Assembly: GCA_032156805.1 (NCBI GenBank)
Contig: JALDXQ010000009.1
Location: 3,540 to 67,539 of the forward strand
Source: Acidobacteriota bacterium
GTDB lineage: Bacteria; Acidobacteriota; Vicinamibacteria; Vicinamibacterales; UBA2999
DNA: 64,000 nt
Direction of reading: 5' to 3'
Below the pieces are notes generated by a model. It was not told the origin of the DNA. It was given only the letters and a program-made list of their open reading frames with translations, and searched no databases. Positions 1-8,023 of the stretch are shown piece after piece. Position 1 is the first letter of the stretch. Each line of letters opens with the position of its first letter. A program made the position numbers and the translations under genes.

Positions 1-425
1 GGCTTCGACACCAGGTCCTTGGGAAGATAGGTCCGCGCCGCCGGAATGCCAGCGGCCGCCAGCTGGCGCCACGTGGCGTACTTGTCATTGCACAGTGCCG
101 CTGTCTGCTCCGACGAACACGCGGCCAGCGTTCCCAGCGCGGCAAACTTCTCTCGCGCCGCGCCAAACAGCTCGACCTCATCATCGATGGTGGGCACGGC
201 CAGGCCGATGCGCTCGGCCTCGCAAATCTTCAACAACTCCGAGAGGTATTCCGGGTCGTGCGCGAGCGGGACGCGATAGGCGCGATCGGCGACCTGCACG
301 GCCGGGGACAACGGGTTGACGTCGGTCACGACCACGCGACCGGGCACGCCGAGTGAGGCAATCGCGTTCTTGAACGCCTGCACGAGCGGCACGCGACGCG
401 ACGCCGCCGTGATCAATACGTTCAT
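1..425 (-). CDS. ATP-grasp family protein, N-terminal part only (gene runs off the window start)
   Basis: My own reverse translation from the ATG at 425-423 gives MNVLITAASRRVPLVQAFKNAIASLGVPGRVVVTDVNPLSPA. This is an N-terminal pattern I associate with ATP-grasp enzymes in sugar-modification loci. It starts 5 nt after the upstream stop. It is absent from the ORF track because there is no stop in the window. Confidence 0.5.
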   Translation of the reverse strand, partial: MNVLITAASRRVPLVQAFKNAIASLGVPGRVVVTDVNPLSPAVQVADRAYRVPLAHDPEYLSELLKICEAERIGLAVPTIDDEVELFGAAREKFAALGTLAACSSEQTAALCNDKYATWRQLAAAGIPAARTYLPKDLVSK

Positions 426-430
426 GCCGC

Positions 431-1474
431 TCACCTCATCTCTCCGCCAAGGTCACCCAGATCGAAGGGAGCGCCCGCACTGATGTCGCGCTGCAACGTC
501 GCACCCACGAGCGCGGCAATCCGCGCTGGCGCGACCCGCGTTGCCGGCCGCAACGCAATGACATCGTCCTGTGACACCTGCTCGCCGGCCCGCATGGCTC
601 GACGCGCGTAGAGACCGCGCCGGCTCGCGGTCACGTTGACTGCCTCTGCCGACTGGCACACCTTGACGCCCGATCCCAGTGAACGGCGGGCCTGCTCCAT
701 CGCGCGGATGATCGCGGCAAGCTCACTTGGCGTGCTGGAGACGGCCGCATCAATGGCGGTGGTATCTCCCTCGAGCACGAGATGCCGTTCGTAGATACAT
801 GCGCCGAGCGTGACGGCCGTCACAGCCGACACAAGGCCGTTGCCGTGATCGGACAGCCCGACGGGCTGCCGGAAGGCATCGGCCAGTGTTGCGATCGCGC
901 GAAGGTTCTCGGAACCAGGCGGCACCGGGTAGGCCGACACACAGTGGAGGATCGCTGTCTGGCTGGCGCCGGCTCCTCGCGCTGCGGCAAGTGCTGCTTC
1001 GACGTCGGTCAGATCGCTCATGCCGCTCGAGATGACGACCGGGCGTCCAATGGCCGCGACCTTGCCGATCAACCCCAGATACGTGATGTCGCCGCTGGCG
1101 ATCTTGTAGGCGTCGAACCCGATCTCGGTGAGGGCCGGAATCACGTCTTCGGCAAACGGCGTCGTCATGACGGCGAGGCCGTGCCTTCGCGCGCGCGAGA
1201 CGACCTCCTGGTGACCATGGAGGTCGAGCTCGAAGGTGGCAAAGAACTCTCTGAGCGACGAGGCCTGCACGTGAGCGGGAGCCGGACAGGCCGCCGCCAC
1301 GAGGCGATCGGCGTACAGCGTCTGCAGCTTCACGGCGCTGGCGCCCGCGTCCGCGGCAGCGTCGACGAGTTCGAGCGCCCAGTCGACCGAGCCGCCGTGG
1401 TTCAATCCGATCTCGGCAATCACGAACACCGGCGCGTCCGGCCCAATCCGGCGCCCAGCAATCTCACGCAGCAT
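431..1474 (-). CDS. Nonulosonic-acid synthase, NeuB/PseI/LegI family
   Basis: ORF 431..1606 trimmed to the internal ATG at 1474. MLREIAGRRIGPDAPVFVIAEIGLNHGGSVDWALELVDAAADAGASAVKLQT is the NeuB-family N-terminal signature, and the C-terminus has a SAF-like tail. The longer version would overlap the HAD gene. Confidence 0.85.
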   Translation of the reverse strand: MLREIAGRRIGPDAPVFVIAEIGLNHGGSVDWALELVDAAADAGASAVKLQTLYADRLVAAACPAPAHVQASSLREFFATFELDLHGHQEVVSRARRHGLAVMTTPFAEDVIPALTEIGFDAYKIASGDITYLGLIGKVAAIGRPVVISSGMSDLTDVEAALAAARGAGASQTAILHCVSAYPVPPGSENLRAIATLADAFRQPVGLSDHGNGLVSAVTAVTLGACIYERHLVLEGDTTAIDAAVSSTPSELAAIIRAMEQARRSLGSGVKVCQSAEAVNVTASRRGLYARRAMRAGEQVSQDDVIALRPATRVAPARIAALVGATLQRDISAGAPFDLGDLGGEMR

Positions 1475-2138
1475 GGGCCATCCCCTGACCAACGAGCGTG
1501 GCCGCCACGCGCGGCACATCGTTGAGAAGGTGCACGACCGCGTCGGCATCGGGAGGAGGCACACGCCCGGCACCGGCGAGAAAGATCGTTCGTATGCCCA
1601 CAGCACGAGCTCCCTCGATGTCGTTCACCGGATCGTCCCCGACCATCACGGTGCTCTCCGGAGCCACCTGCAGCCGACGCAGGACCTCGATGAACGGTGC
1701 GCGAGCCGGTTTGCCCCCAGGGGCGTGTTCGCTCGCATACACAACGTGATCGACCAGCGTCTCGAGTCCAAGCGCCTGAACTTTCCTGACCTGGATGGAT
1801 GGATCGCCATTGGTCAGAATCGCTGTCCGCCATCCTGCTTCGCGAAGCGCGCTCAGCGCGCTGAGTGCGCCATGTTTCAGCCAGAGCTGAGGGGTGTGCG
1901 TCTGATACTCGCGAATGAGATCGCTCACGATCGCCGAATCGAGGCGATAGGCCTGGCACAGCCGCTGAAACTCGGTGCCGCGATGGCCAAGCTCGCGCAT
2001 ACGGCGAAGACTGCCGTACACATCCCTGGCCGGCACGCCACAGTGCCGATCGACGTAGGTTGCAACCGCGGCAAACCCGCTGTGCACGTGCTGGATGTGG
2101 GGATACAAGGTGTCGTCGAGGTCGAAGATCACAGCCAT
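1464..2138 (-). CDS. HAD-superfamily hydrolase
   Basis: MAVIFDLDDTLY (DxDxT motif I), AILTNG, and MVGDDPVNDIEGA (motif IV-like). Tightly packed in the sugar operon. Confidence 0.8.
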   Translation of the reverse strand: MAVIFDLDDTLYPHIQHVHSGFAAVATYVDRHCGVPARDVYGSLRRMRELGHRGTEFQRLCQAYRLDSAIVSDLIREYQTHTPQLWLKHGALSALSALREAGWRTAILTNGDPSIQVRKVQALGLETLVDHVVYASEHAPGGKPARAPFIEVLRRLQVAPESTVMVGDDPVNDIEGARAVGIRTIFLAGAGRVPPPDADAVVHLLNDVPRVAATLVGQGMAHAA

Positions 2139-3107
2139 CTAGCGAGACTCTCCAGCGGCTGCCAGACGCGCCACCGCAGCAGCGGCGCGGAATGCGCCTC
2201 GTCCATCAATCAACCGTCTTCCCATCCGGGACAGATGCCGTTGCATCGTGGCGTCGCTCAGAAGCGACACGCACTCTTCGGCCACGCGCTCTGCCGACAC
2301 GATGCCCCGTGCCGATCCTCTTGCGGCACCACGCGCGACGAATGCGGCAACCGTGGGACGCTGCGCGGGCACGACCGCAACACCAATCGCCGGCGTACCA
2401 AGGGCGCACGCTTCGTACAGCGAGACTCCCCCGCCGACGACCGCAACGCTGGCGCGTGCCATTTCCTGGCGAAGGCTTTGACTGGGTCCAACCCAGGTGA
2501 TCTGCTCGCGCACCGGAACCGGCGTGCTGACGAAGCCTCCCGCGACGCGCACCGTTGCGCGCGGGTCGGCATCGACAATGGCTTCGGCGATATCAACGGC
2601 GAGCTCGGCTCGGGGCCCACCGCCAAGGGCAACCAGCACGGCGAAGGGGTCGCGCGGCTCCTCCTCGTCGGGGATTGACGGGTCGAGCAGCGCATAACGC
2701 GGGCCGGAAAGCGTCGTTCCACGGCGCGCGCGACCATTCATCGTCACGCTGCCGTCGATCACCAGGTCGGCGTCGAGACATCCGAGCCCAAGGTCGTGCA
2801 CGCTGACCACCAGGCAACCGGCGCGACGGCCGGCTGCGATCCAGCGACGGGCATCTGCCGCCACCGGGTCGTCGACTACGAGAACATCCGGTGCCAGCGA
2901 TCGCAGCAGCTGCAACGGACCGCCCTGCACCACGTCGCATCCCAGCCCGAGTGCGGCTTCCTGCACCGCTGCCCCGCCTCGCAGTGCAACCAGCGGGCGG
3001 ACTCCCAGCGCACGCGCCAGAGATCGGCAGCGCACGAGGTGACCGAATCCACGGCGCGCACCGGCCGGGGCACGAAACAGCACTCGCAGATCAGCGCAGG
3101 ATGTCAT
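2139..3107 (-). CDS. PseG-like protein (GT28-fold UDP-sugar hydrolase/glycosyltransferase of nonulosonic-acid pathways)
   Basis: ORF 2139..3455 trimmed to the ATG at 3107. LRVLFRAPAGARRGFGHLVRCRSLARAL resembles the PseG N-terminal FRxD..IGxGHxxRxxxLA pattern. The upstream extension is Arg/Cys-rich and overlaps the aminotransferase gene. Confidence 0.6.
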   Translation of the reverse strand: MTSCADLRVLFRAPAGARRGFGHLVRCRSLARALGVRPLVALRGGAAVQEAALGLGCDVVQGGPLQLLRSLAPDVLVVDDPVAADARRWIAAGRRAGCLVVSVHDLGLGCLDADLVIDGSVTMNGRARRGTTLSGPRYALLDPSIPDEEEPRDPFAVLVALGGGPRAELAVDIAEAIVDADPRATVRVAGGFVSTPVPVREQITWVGPSQSLRQEMARASVAVVGGGVSLYEACALGTPAIGVAVVPAQRPTVAAFVARGAARGSARGIVSAERVAEECVSLLSDATMQRHLSRMGRRLIDGRGAFRAAAAVARLAAAGESR

Positions 3108-4341
3108 GGCAAGCGTCGATGACACGATCGACTGACGTGTCATCCATGGCTGCCGACAAGGGCAGCGAAAGGGTTGAGTCGTAGACCGACTCGGCGACTG
3201 GAAACATGCCGCGCCGGAAGCCGAATCGCTCCCGGTAGTACTGGTGCAGATGCACCGGGCGGAAATGAATGCTCGTCGAGATGCCGCGATCGCGCAGCTT
3301 GTCGCTGAGCTCGTCGCGCGACAGCCCGGCGGCCGCGGAGTCGAGGAGCACCGGATAGAGATGTCGCGCGTGCACGCTGCCCTCACCCGCGTGGGCAGGC
3401 AGACGCAGCGGCAGCGTGGCCAGGCCGGCGTCGTAACGCGCGCAGATGGCGACACGGCGATCGTGCATCCGTCGCAGCCGTGCGAGCTGATGCAGTCCGA
3501 TCGCGGCCTGGATATCCATCATGTTGTACTTGAAGCCCGGCATCACCACGTCGTAGTGAGCATTGCCATTTGGCGTGTAGCGCGCCCACGCATCCCGGCT
3601 CATGCCGTGCAGTGAGGCTGCTCGCATCAGCGTCGCGGCAGCGGTGTCGTTGGTGGTCACCATGCCGCCTTCACCGGTCGTCAGGTTCTTCGTGGCGTAG
3701 AAGCTGAAGCAGGTGAAATCGGCAATCGATCCCACCTTGAGACCGTCGGCAACTCCTTCCACGCAATGCGCGGCGTCCTCGACGATTCGAAGACCGCGCA
3801 GCTCCGACATGCGCCGGAAGGCCACCATGTCGGCAGGCAGGCCGGCGTAGTGAACCGGCATCAGCACACGCGTTCGCGGCGTGATCGCCGCCTGCGCGGC
3901 AGCTGGATCGATGTTGTGCGAGATCGGATCGATGTCGGCGAAGACCGGTGTGGCCCCGGCATGCAGCACCACATTTGCGGTCGCGCAGAACGTCAACGGT
4001 GTGGTGATGACTTCGTCGCCGCTGCCGATTCCTGTGGCGATGAGTGAGAGGTGCAGCGCCGCGGTGCACGAATTGACCGCGATCGCGTAACGCGCGCCGA
4101 CGTACTCCGCGAACGTGTGCTCGAATTCCGCGACGCGCGGCCCGGTGGACAGCCATCCCGATTCCAGCGTCGCCACGACCTCGGCAATCTCGTCGGGGCC
4201 GATGGATGGTGTGGCGAATGGAACACGTGCCCTGCGATCCGAGGGTGCGACGGGGCGAGGGTGCGAGCGTCCGGTCGCGGGGGTCCCAAGGTCCGAGGGT
4301 TCGGGTCCGAGCGTGCGAAAGCGAGAAGGTGCCGGCGACAT
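3091..4341 (-). CDS. DegT/DnrJ/EryC1/StrS-family sugar aminotransferase (PseC/LegC-like)
   Basis: SIGPDEIAEVVATLESGWLSTGPRVAEFEHTFAEYVG, and the PLP-lysine motif FSFYATKNLTTGEGG. The exact start is uncertain; there is a ~40-aa low-complexity N-terminus. Confidence 0.85.
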   Translation of the reverse strand: MSPAPSRFRTLGPEPSDLGTPATGRSHPRPVAPSDRRARVPFATPSIGPDEIAEVVATLESGWLSTGPRVAEFEHTFAEYVGARYAIAVNSCTAALHLSLIATGIGSGDEVITTPLTFCATANVVLHAGATPVFADIDPISHNIDPAAAQAAITPRTRVLMPVHYAGLPADMVAFRRMSELRGLRIVEDAAHCVEGVADGLKVGSIADFTCFSFYATKNLTTGEGGMVTTNDTAAATLMRAASLHGMSRDAWARYTPNGNAHYDVVMPGFKYNMMDIQAAIGLHQLARLRRMHDRRVAICARYDAGLATLPLRLPAHAGEGSVHARHLYPVLLDSAAAGLSRDELSDKLRDRGISTSIHFRPVHLHQYYRERFGFRRGMFPVAESVYDSTLSLPLSAAMDDTSVDRVIDACHDILR

Positions 4342-4513
4342 CTGATCTCGACGCCCAGCTGTGCAACGTGAATACCCGCCATGCCGGTCGCCCGGGCGTC
4401 GCGCATAAACCCGGTACAGCGATCTTTGCTAGGAATTCGAGGGGTCAAGGCCGGAGGCCTGCGTGAGGCTTGTCGGCTCCCCGACATCACGGACGCGTCC
4501 CCGGCCTCATGGA

Positions 4514-4538
4514 GGTCCGGCTGAAGCCGGACACTACG
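4514..4538 (+). repeat. Short hairpin repeat GGTCCGGCTGAAGCCGGACACTACG (copy 1 of 3 in the window)
   Basis: GTCCGGC/GCCGGAC inverted repeat with a TGAA loop. Near-identical copies lie at 51514-51537 and 51547-51571, in the same orientation. Confidence 0.8.
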
Positions 4539-4540
4539 GT

Positions 4541-4567
4541 TAAAGAATCTCAACCCCTTCCCGATTA
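4541..4567 (+). promoter_or_regulatory. Sigma-28 (FliA)-type promoter of fliC
   Basis: TAAAGAAT-N11-CCCGATTA versus consensus TAAAGTTT-N11-GCCGATAA. It lies about 83 nt upstream of the fliC ATG. Confidence 0.7.
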
Positions 4568-4608
4568 CCTCCCCGATTAGAAATGGCGGCCCAAGTGGCC
4601 GCTCGCGG

Positions 4609-4640
4609 CCCGCAAGGATGCGGGTTCGTATTCAAGGAGG
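4609..4640 (+). promoter_or_regulatory. Putative CsrA-binding sites in the fliC 5' leader
   Basis: Hairpin CCCGCA-AGGA-TGCGGG (4609-4624) presents GGA in its loop. A second AAGGAGG (4634-4640) is the SD sequence, 9 nt before the ATG. Confidence 0.55.
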
Positions 4641-4649
4641 AATAGTTCA

Positions 4650-5465
4650 ATGGCTTCTTTCTCAGTTGTTTCCAACATCGCGTCGATGAACGCGCAGGCG
4701 AACCTGCTCAACACGAACGTCGGCCTGAACAAAGCGCTGACCCGCCTCTCGAGCGGCTTCCGCATCAACATGTCGGGCGACGACGCGGCCGGCCTGGCCG
4801 TGGCGAACCGCTATCGGTCTGACGTGGCGATCATCAGCCAGGGCATCCGCAACGCGAACGACGGATTGTCGGAGCTCCAGATCAAGGACGGCGCGCTCAA
4901 CAACATTTCGCACCTGCTCGATCGTCTCGCCACGCTGTCGACGCAGTCCGCGTCGGGGCACACCACCGCGGCACAGCGCACGATTCTGGCGCAGGAAGCA
5001 ACGGATCTCCTCGCGGAAATCAACCGCGAAGCGCAGATCGGTGGCCTCAGCGCCGACGCCGGCGTGAGCTTCTCCGTGTTCGTCAGCAACGACACCGGCA
5101 ACGAGACGATTTCGTCGACCTCGCCGATTCAGGACGTCGATGCCAACGGTCTCGCGATCGACACGATCAACATTGCGACGCAGGCTGGCGCGCAGACGGC
5201 CATCACCAGCATCGCGACGGCGATCGGAACCCTCGGCTCGGTTCAGGGCCAGGTCGGTACGCTGCAGAACCGCCTCCAGTTCGCCATCTCGCTGGCGCAG
5301 TCGCAGTTGACCAACAAGAAGGCCGCCGAGAGCCGCATCCGTGACGCGAACGTCGCTGAGGAATCGGCGAACATGACCCGGTTCAACATCCTGAGCCAGA
5401 CGGGCATTGCCGCCCTGGCACAGGCGAACCAGGCCAGCGCGTCGGTTCTGTCACTGCTCCGGTAA
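4650..5465 (+). CDS. fliC: Flagellin (short, 271 aa)
   Basis: N-terminus NAQANLLNTNVGLNKALTRLSSGFRINMSGDDAAGLAVANR and C-terminus FNILSQTGIAALAQANQASASVLSLLR are canonical flagellin D0/D1 segments. Confidence 0.95.
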   Translation: MASFSVVSNIASMNAQANLLNTNVGLNKALTRLSSGFRINMSGDDAAGLAVANRYRSDVAIISQGIRNANDGLSELQIKDGALNNISHLLDRLATLSTQSASGHTTAAQRTILAQEATDLLAEINREAQIGGLSADAGVSFSVFVSNDTGNETISSTSPIQDVDANGLAIDTINIATQAGAQTAITSIATAIGTLGSVQGQVGTLQNRLQFAISLAQSQLTNKKAAESRIRDANVAEESANMTRFNILSQTGIAALAQANQASASVLSLLR

Positions 5466-5619
5466 GTAAGTAAGGCTCTGGGCTCCGGGCGCATGGCTCT
5501 GGGCTCTGGCACCACTCGGACGTAACCAAGGCGGGATGAAGGGGAGGGCCCTTTCTTCCCGCCGTTTCCACTTGGCGACGGCCCGAGTTGGCTCGGTTCT
5601 CGCAACGGGGGAAGCAATT

Positions 5620-7017
5620 ATGGGTTCGCCGATTACGTTCAGCGGTTTCAATCAGATCGACTTCGGTCAGATCCTCAATGTGATCATGACCGCCGAGCGC
5701 GCGCCGTTGACCGCGCTCGAAACCCAGCGAACGACACTGAACCAGCAGGGGACGGCGTTTACCACGCTGGCCGGCAAGCTGGGTGCTCTCGAATCGGCTG
5801 TCGAGACGCTCTCCGACGAGAACGGCTTCTCCATCTTCGCGGTCAGCAGCACCAGCCCGGAGAGTGTCGGCGCAACGGCAACCAGCGGTGGGATGGCCGG
5901 CATCTACGAAGTCGCCGTCTCCGAGCTGGCGCGTGCACAGGTCATGGCGTCCACCACGACCTACTCCGGGCCCGACGATGTGATCGCGACCGCCGGCAGT
6001 GTCAGCGTTGCACTGTACGGCAATCCGCCCGTGAACATTCCTCCGAGCGGCGTGTCCGGTCCGATGACCGTGCGTCAACTGGCTGATGCCATCAACTCGG
6101 ATTCCACGTCTCCGGTGTCGGCAGCGATTGTCCAGGCCGCGCCCGGACAGTACCGCCTCGTTCTCACGGGCCGAAGCGCAGGCAGTGCGAACGCCTTCAC
6201 CGTGACGAGCACTCTGTCCGGTGGTGTGGGACTGACCTTCCCAGACACCGACACCGACGGGACCTACGGCGACGATGCCGCCGATTCGGCGGTGACGGCC
6301 ACCAACTCGGCGCTGACGATCAACAACATCCCTGTGACGGGCATCACGAACACCATCGAAGAAGCGATTCCTGGTGTGACGTTGACGCTGTCCAAGAAGG
6401 ACCCGGCGGCCAGGGTGCTGGTCGAGGTCAAGGAGAGCGCCGACGAAGCCAAGACTCAGCTCGAGGCGTTCGTGACGGCATACAACGACCTCATGTCGTT
6501 CGTCACGGAACAGAACACGGCCGCCATCGCGGGCAAGGCGAGCATCGGCAGAGACTCGCTGGTGCGCTCGTTGAAGATGGGACTGACCGATGCCATGCGC
6601 GCCGAGTACACCGATGCCGGTGAGATCTACACGAGACTCTCGACGGTCGGCGTGGAATTCGAATCAACCGGCACCATCAAGATCAATGAGGCGGCGTTGA
6701 AGGCCGCGGTCCTCGACGATCCCGATGCCGTGCGCAAGCTGTTCGTCGGTGCCGACGGCGCCAGCGGAGTCTTCGGCGCGCTCAAACTGCAGGTCGAGGA
6801 GTACACGAAGGCGGGCGGCCTGGTGCAAGACGCGAAGGATCGCTTGAAGGATCAGATCCTCAAGATTGATTCGCGACTCGACACGATGGAGATGCAGCTG
6901 GAGCTGCGACGCCAGACGCTGCAGCGCGAGTTCATCGCCGCCGACCAGCTCATGACGCAGCTCAATAGCCAGAGCTCGTCGCTTCAAGCGCTGGGCGGGC
7001 AGTACCGATTGTTCTAG
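5620..7017 (+). CDS. fliD: Flagellar filament cap protein (hook-associated protein 2)
   Basis: ORF 5536..7017 trimmed to the ATG at 5620, preceded by GGGGGAAG. MGSPITFSGFNQIDFGQILNVIMTAERAPLTALE is a FliD N-terminus, and the C-terminus is a coiled coil. Confidence 0.9.
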   Translation: MGSPITFSGFNQIDFGQILNVIMTAERAPLTALETQRTTLNQQGTAFTTLAGKLGALESAVETLSDENGFSIFAVSSTSPESVGATATSGGMAGIYEVAVSELARAQVMASTTTYSGPDDVIATAGSVSVALYGNPPVNIPPSGVSGPMTVRQLADAINSDSTSPVSAAIVQAAPGQYRLVLTGRSAGSANAFTVTSTLSGGVGLTFPDTDTDGTYGDDAADSAVTATNSALTINNIPVTGITNTIEEAIPGVTLTLSKKDPAARVLVEVKESADEAKTQLEAFVTAYNDLMSFVTEQNTAAIAGKASIGRDSLVRSLKMGLTDAMRAEYTDAGEIYTRLSTVGVEFESTGTIKINEAALKAAVLDDPDAVRKLFVGADGASGVFGALKLQVEEYTKAGGLVQDAKDRLKDQILKIDSRLDTMEMQLELRRQTLQREFIAADQLMTQLNSQSSSLQALGGQYRLF

Positions 7018-7061
7018 TAACTCGAAATTCAGCATGCAGGTCGCGTAACGGAGACACCCCA

Positions 7062-7466
7062 GTGATAGCTGCCAGCCGCGCCGCACAGGCCTACCGCCGC
7101 GTCGAATCGGAGTCGCGCTCGCCCCTCGAGCTCGTCGTCATGTTGTATGACGGCGCGCTGCGCTTCGTGGACGAGGCACGCGTGGCACACGCCCGGCACG
7201 ACCTGCGCGCGCGCAGCCAGGCGATCTCCAAGACACTGGCGATCATCGGCGAACTGCAGAACACGCTCGACATGGAGCAGGGTGGCGCCGTCGCGGAGCA
7301 GCTCGACAACCTCTACACCTACATCAACTCGCGTTTGCTCGATGTCACGCTGAAGCAGGACGTCGCGGCCTGTGACGAAGTCCACAAGCTGCTGAGCACG
7401 CTTCGCGACGCCTGGTCTCAGGCCTCGTCGCAACCGCCGGCCGCCGGCCTGGCTCTGGCTCGGTGA
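7062..7466 (+). CDS. fliS: Flagellar export chaperone FliS
   Basis: AYRRVESESRSPLELVVMLYDGALRF is a FliS signature. GTG start. Sits directly after fliD. Confidence 0.85.
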   Translation: MIAASRAAQAYRRVESESRSPLELVVMLYDGALRFVDEARVAHARHDLRARSQAISKTLAIIGELQNTLDMEQGGAVAEQLDNLYTYINSRLLDVTLKQDVAACDEVHKLLSTLRDAWSQASSQPPAAGLALAR

Positions 7467-7470
7467 CACC

Positions 7471-7944
7471 GTGACCTCCGCCGAGCTCCTGCCCCTGGTC
7501 GAGCAGTACCGCGCCGGCCTCGACGCCGAGCTGATGCTGCTGCATCGGCTGCAAGCAATCGCTGTCGATCAACGGCGCGCCAGCGAGATCGATTCAGTCA
7601 CGGAGATGCAGGCAACGCACGACCATCGCGATCGGGTGATGGCGACGCTCGTCACCGTCGAGCACGAGCTCAAAGGCGTCAGGCAACAGCTGCTGACGTT
7701 TCGCGAGTACCTGACAGAGATGCCCGCCTTCCAGGAGATCGCCGCGCTCCATCGCCAGGCGGCCGAGCTGGTCGCCGACATCGTGGCCGTTGATCGGGAC
7801 TCGGTCCAGGCATTGAAGAACGCCGAGCAGGCGCGGCATCTCGCCGCGCAAACGCTCGAACAGGGCGAGAGTACGCTGGCGGCCTACCGCCGCGTCGTCA
7901 AGCCGACGCTCGCGTCAGCGACGCTCGTGAACCGCAAGGGATAG
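7471..7944 (+). CDS. Hypothetical helical protein in the FliT/FlgN-like position
   Basis: 157-aa Leu/Ala/Glu-rich predicted helical protein starting 5 nt after fliS. No motif recognised. Confidence 0.5.
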   Translation: MTSAELLPLVEQYRAGLDAELMLLHRLQAIAVDQRRASEIDSVTEMQATHDHRDRVMATLVTVEHELKGVRQQLLTFREYLTEMPAFQEIAALHRQAAELVADIVAVDRDSVQALKNAEQARHLAAQTLEQGESTLAAYRRVVKPTLASATLVNRKG

Positions 7945-7946
7945 CC

Positions 7947-7978
7947 TCAACTCCCACCATCCAGCTTCCAATTCCCAA
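7947..7978. repeat. Half-copy of the CCAAYTCC-type oligomer repeat
   Basis: TCAACTCCCACCATCCAGCTTCCAATTCCCAA closely matches the left arm of the 30525-30608 hairpin. Its right arm is degenerate. Confidence 0.6.
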
Positions 7979-8023
7979 TGACTGTGTTCATGGGACGTTG
8001 ACGCTTGGGAAACCCCGTCGAGG

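Noticed and set aside
2139-3455. Long N-terminal extensions of track ORFs: 2139..3455, 431..1606, 18241..19281, 8024..9454, 46287..47810, 58708..61023, 60889..62226, 62262..63920, 5536..7017, 43097..43531, 43961..44872.
   Set aside because: The extensions are low-complexity, and they overlap the upstream gene, a tRNA or repeat arrays. In each case an internal start with a plausible RBS coincides with where the family-typical N-terminus or signal peptide begins.
4573-4579. A second CCGATTA heptamer, 5 nt downstream of the fliC -10 box, as an alternative sigma-28 -10 element.
   Set aside because: There is no TAAA-type -35 element at the required spacing; the sequence there is AACCCCTT.
5589-5604. 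Sigma-54-like GG-N10-GC motif (TTGGCTCGGTTCTCGCA) upstream of fliD.
   Set aside because: It has two mismatches in the conserved boxes. The implied transcription start would fall inside the fliD ribosome-binding site, about 6 nt before the ATG.
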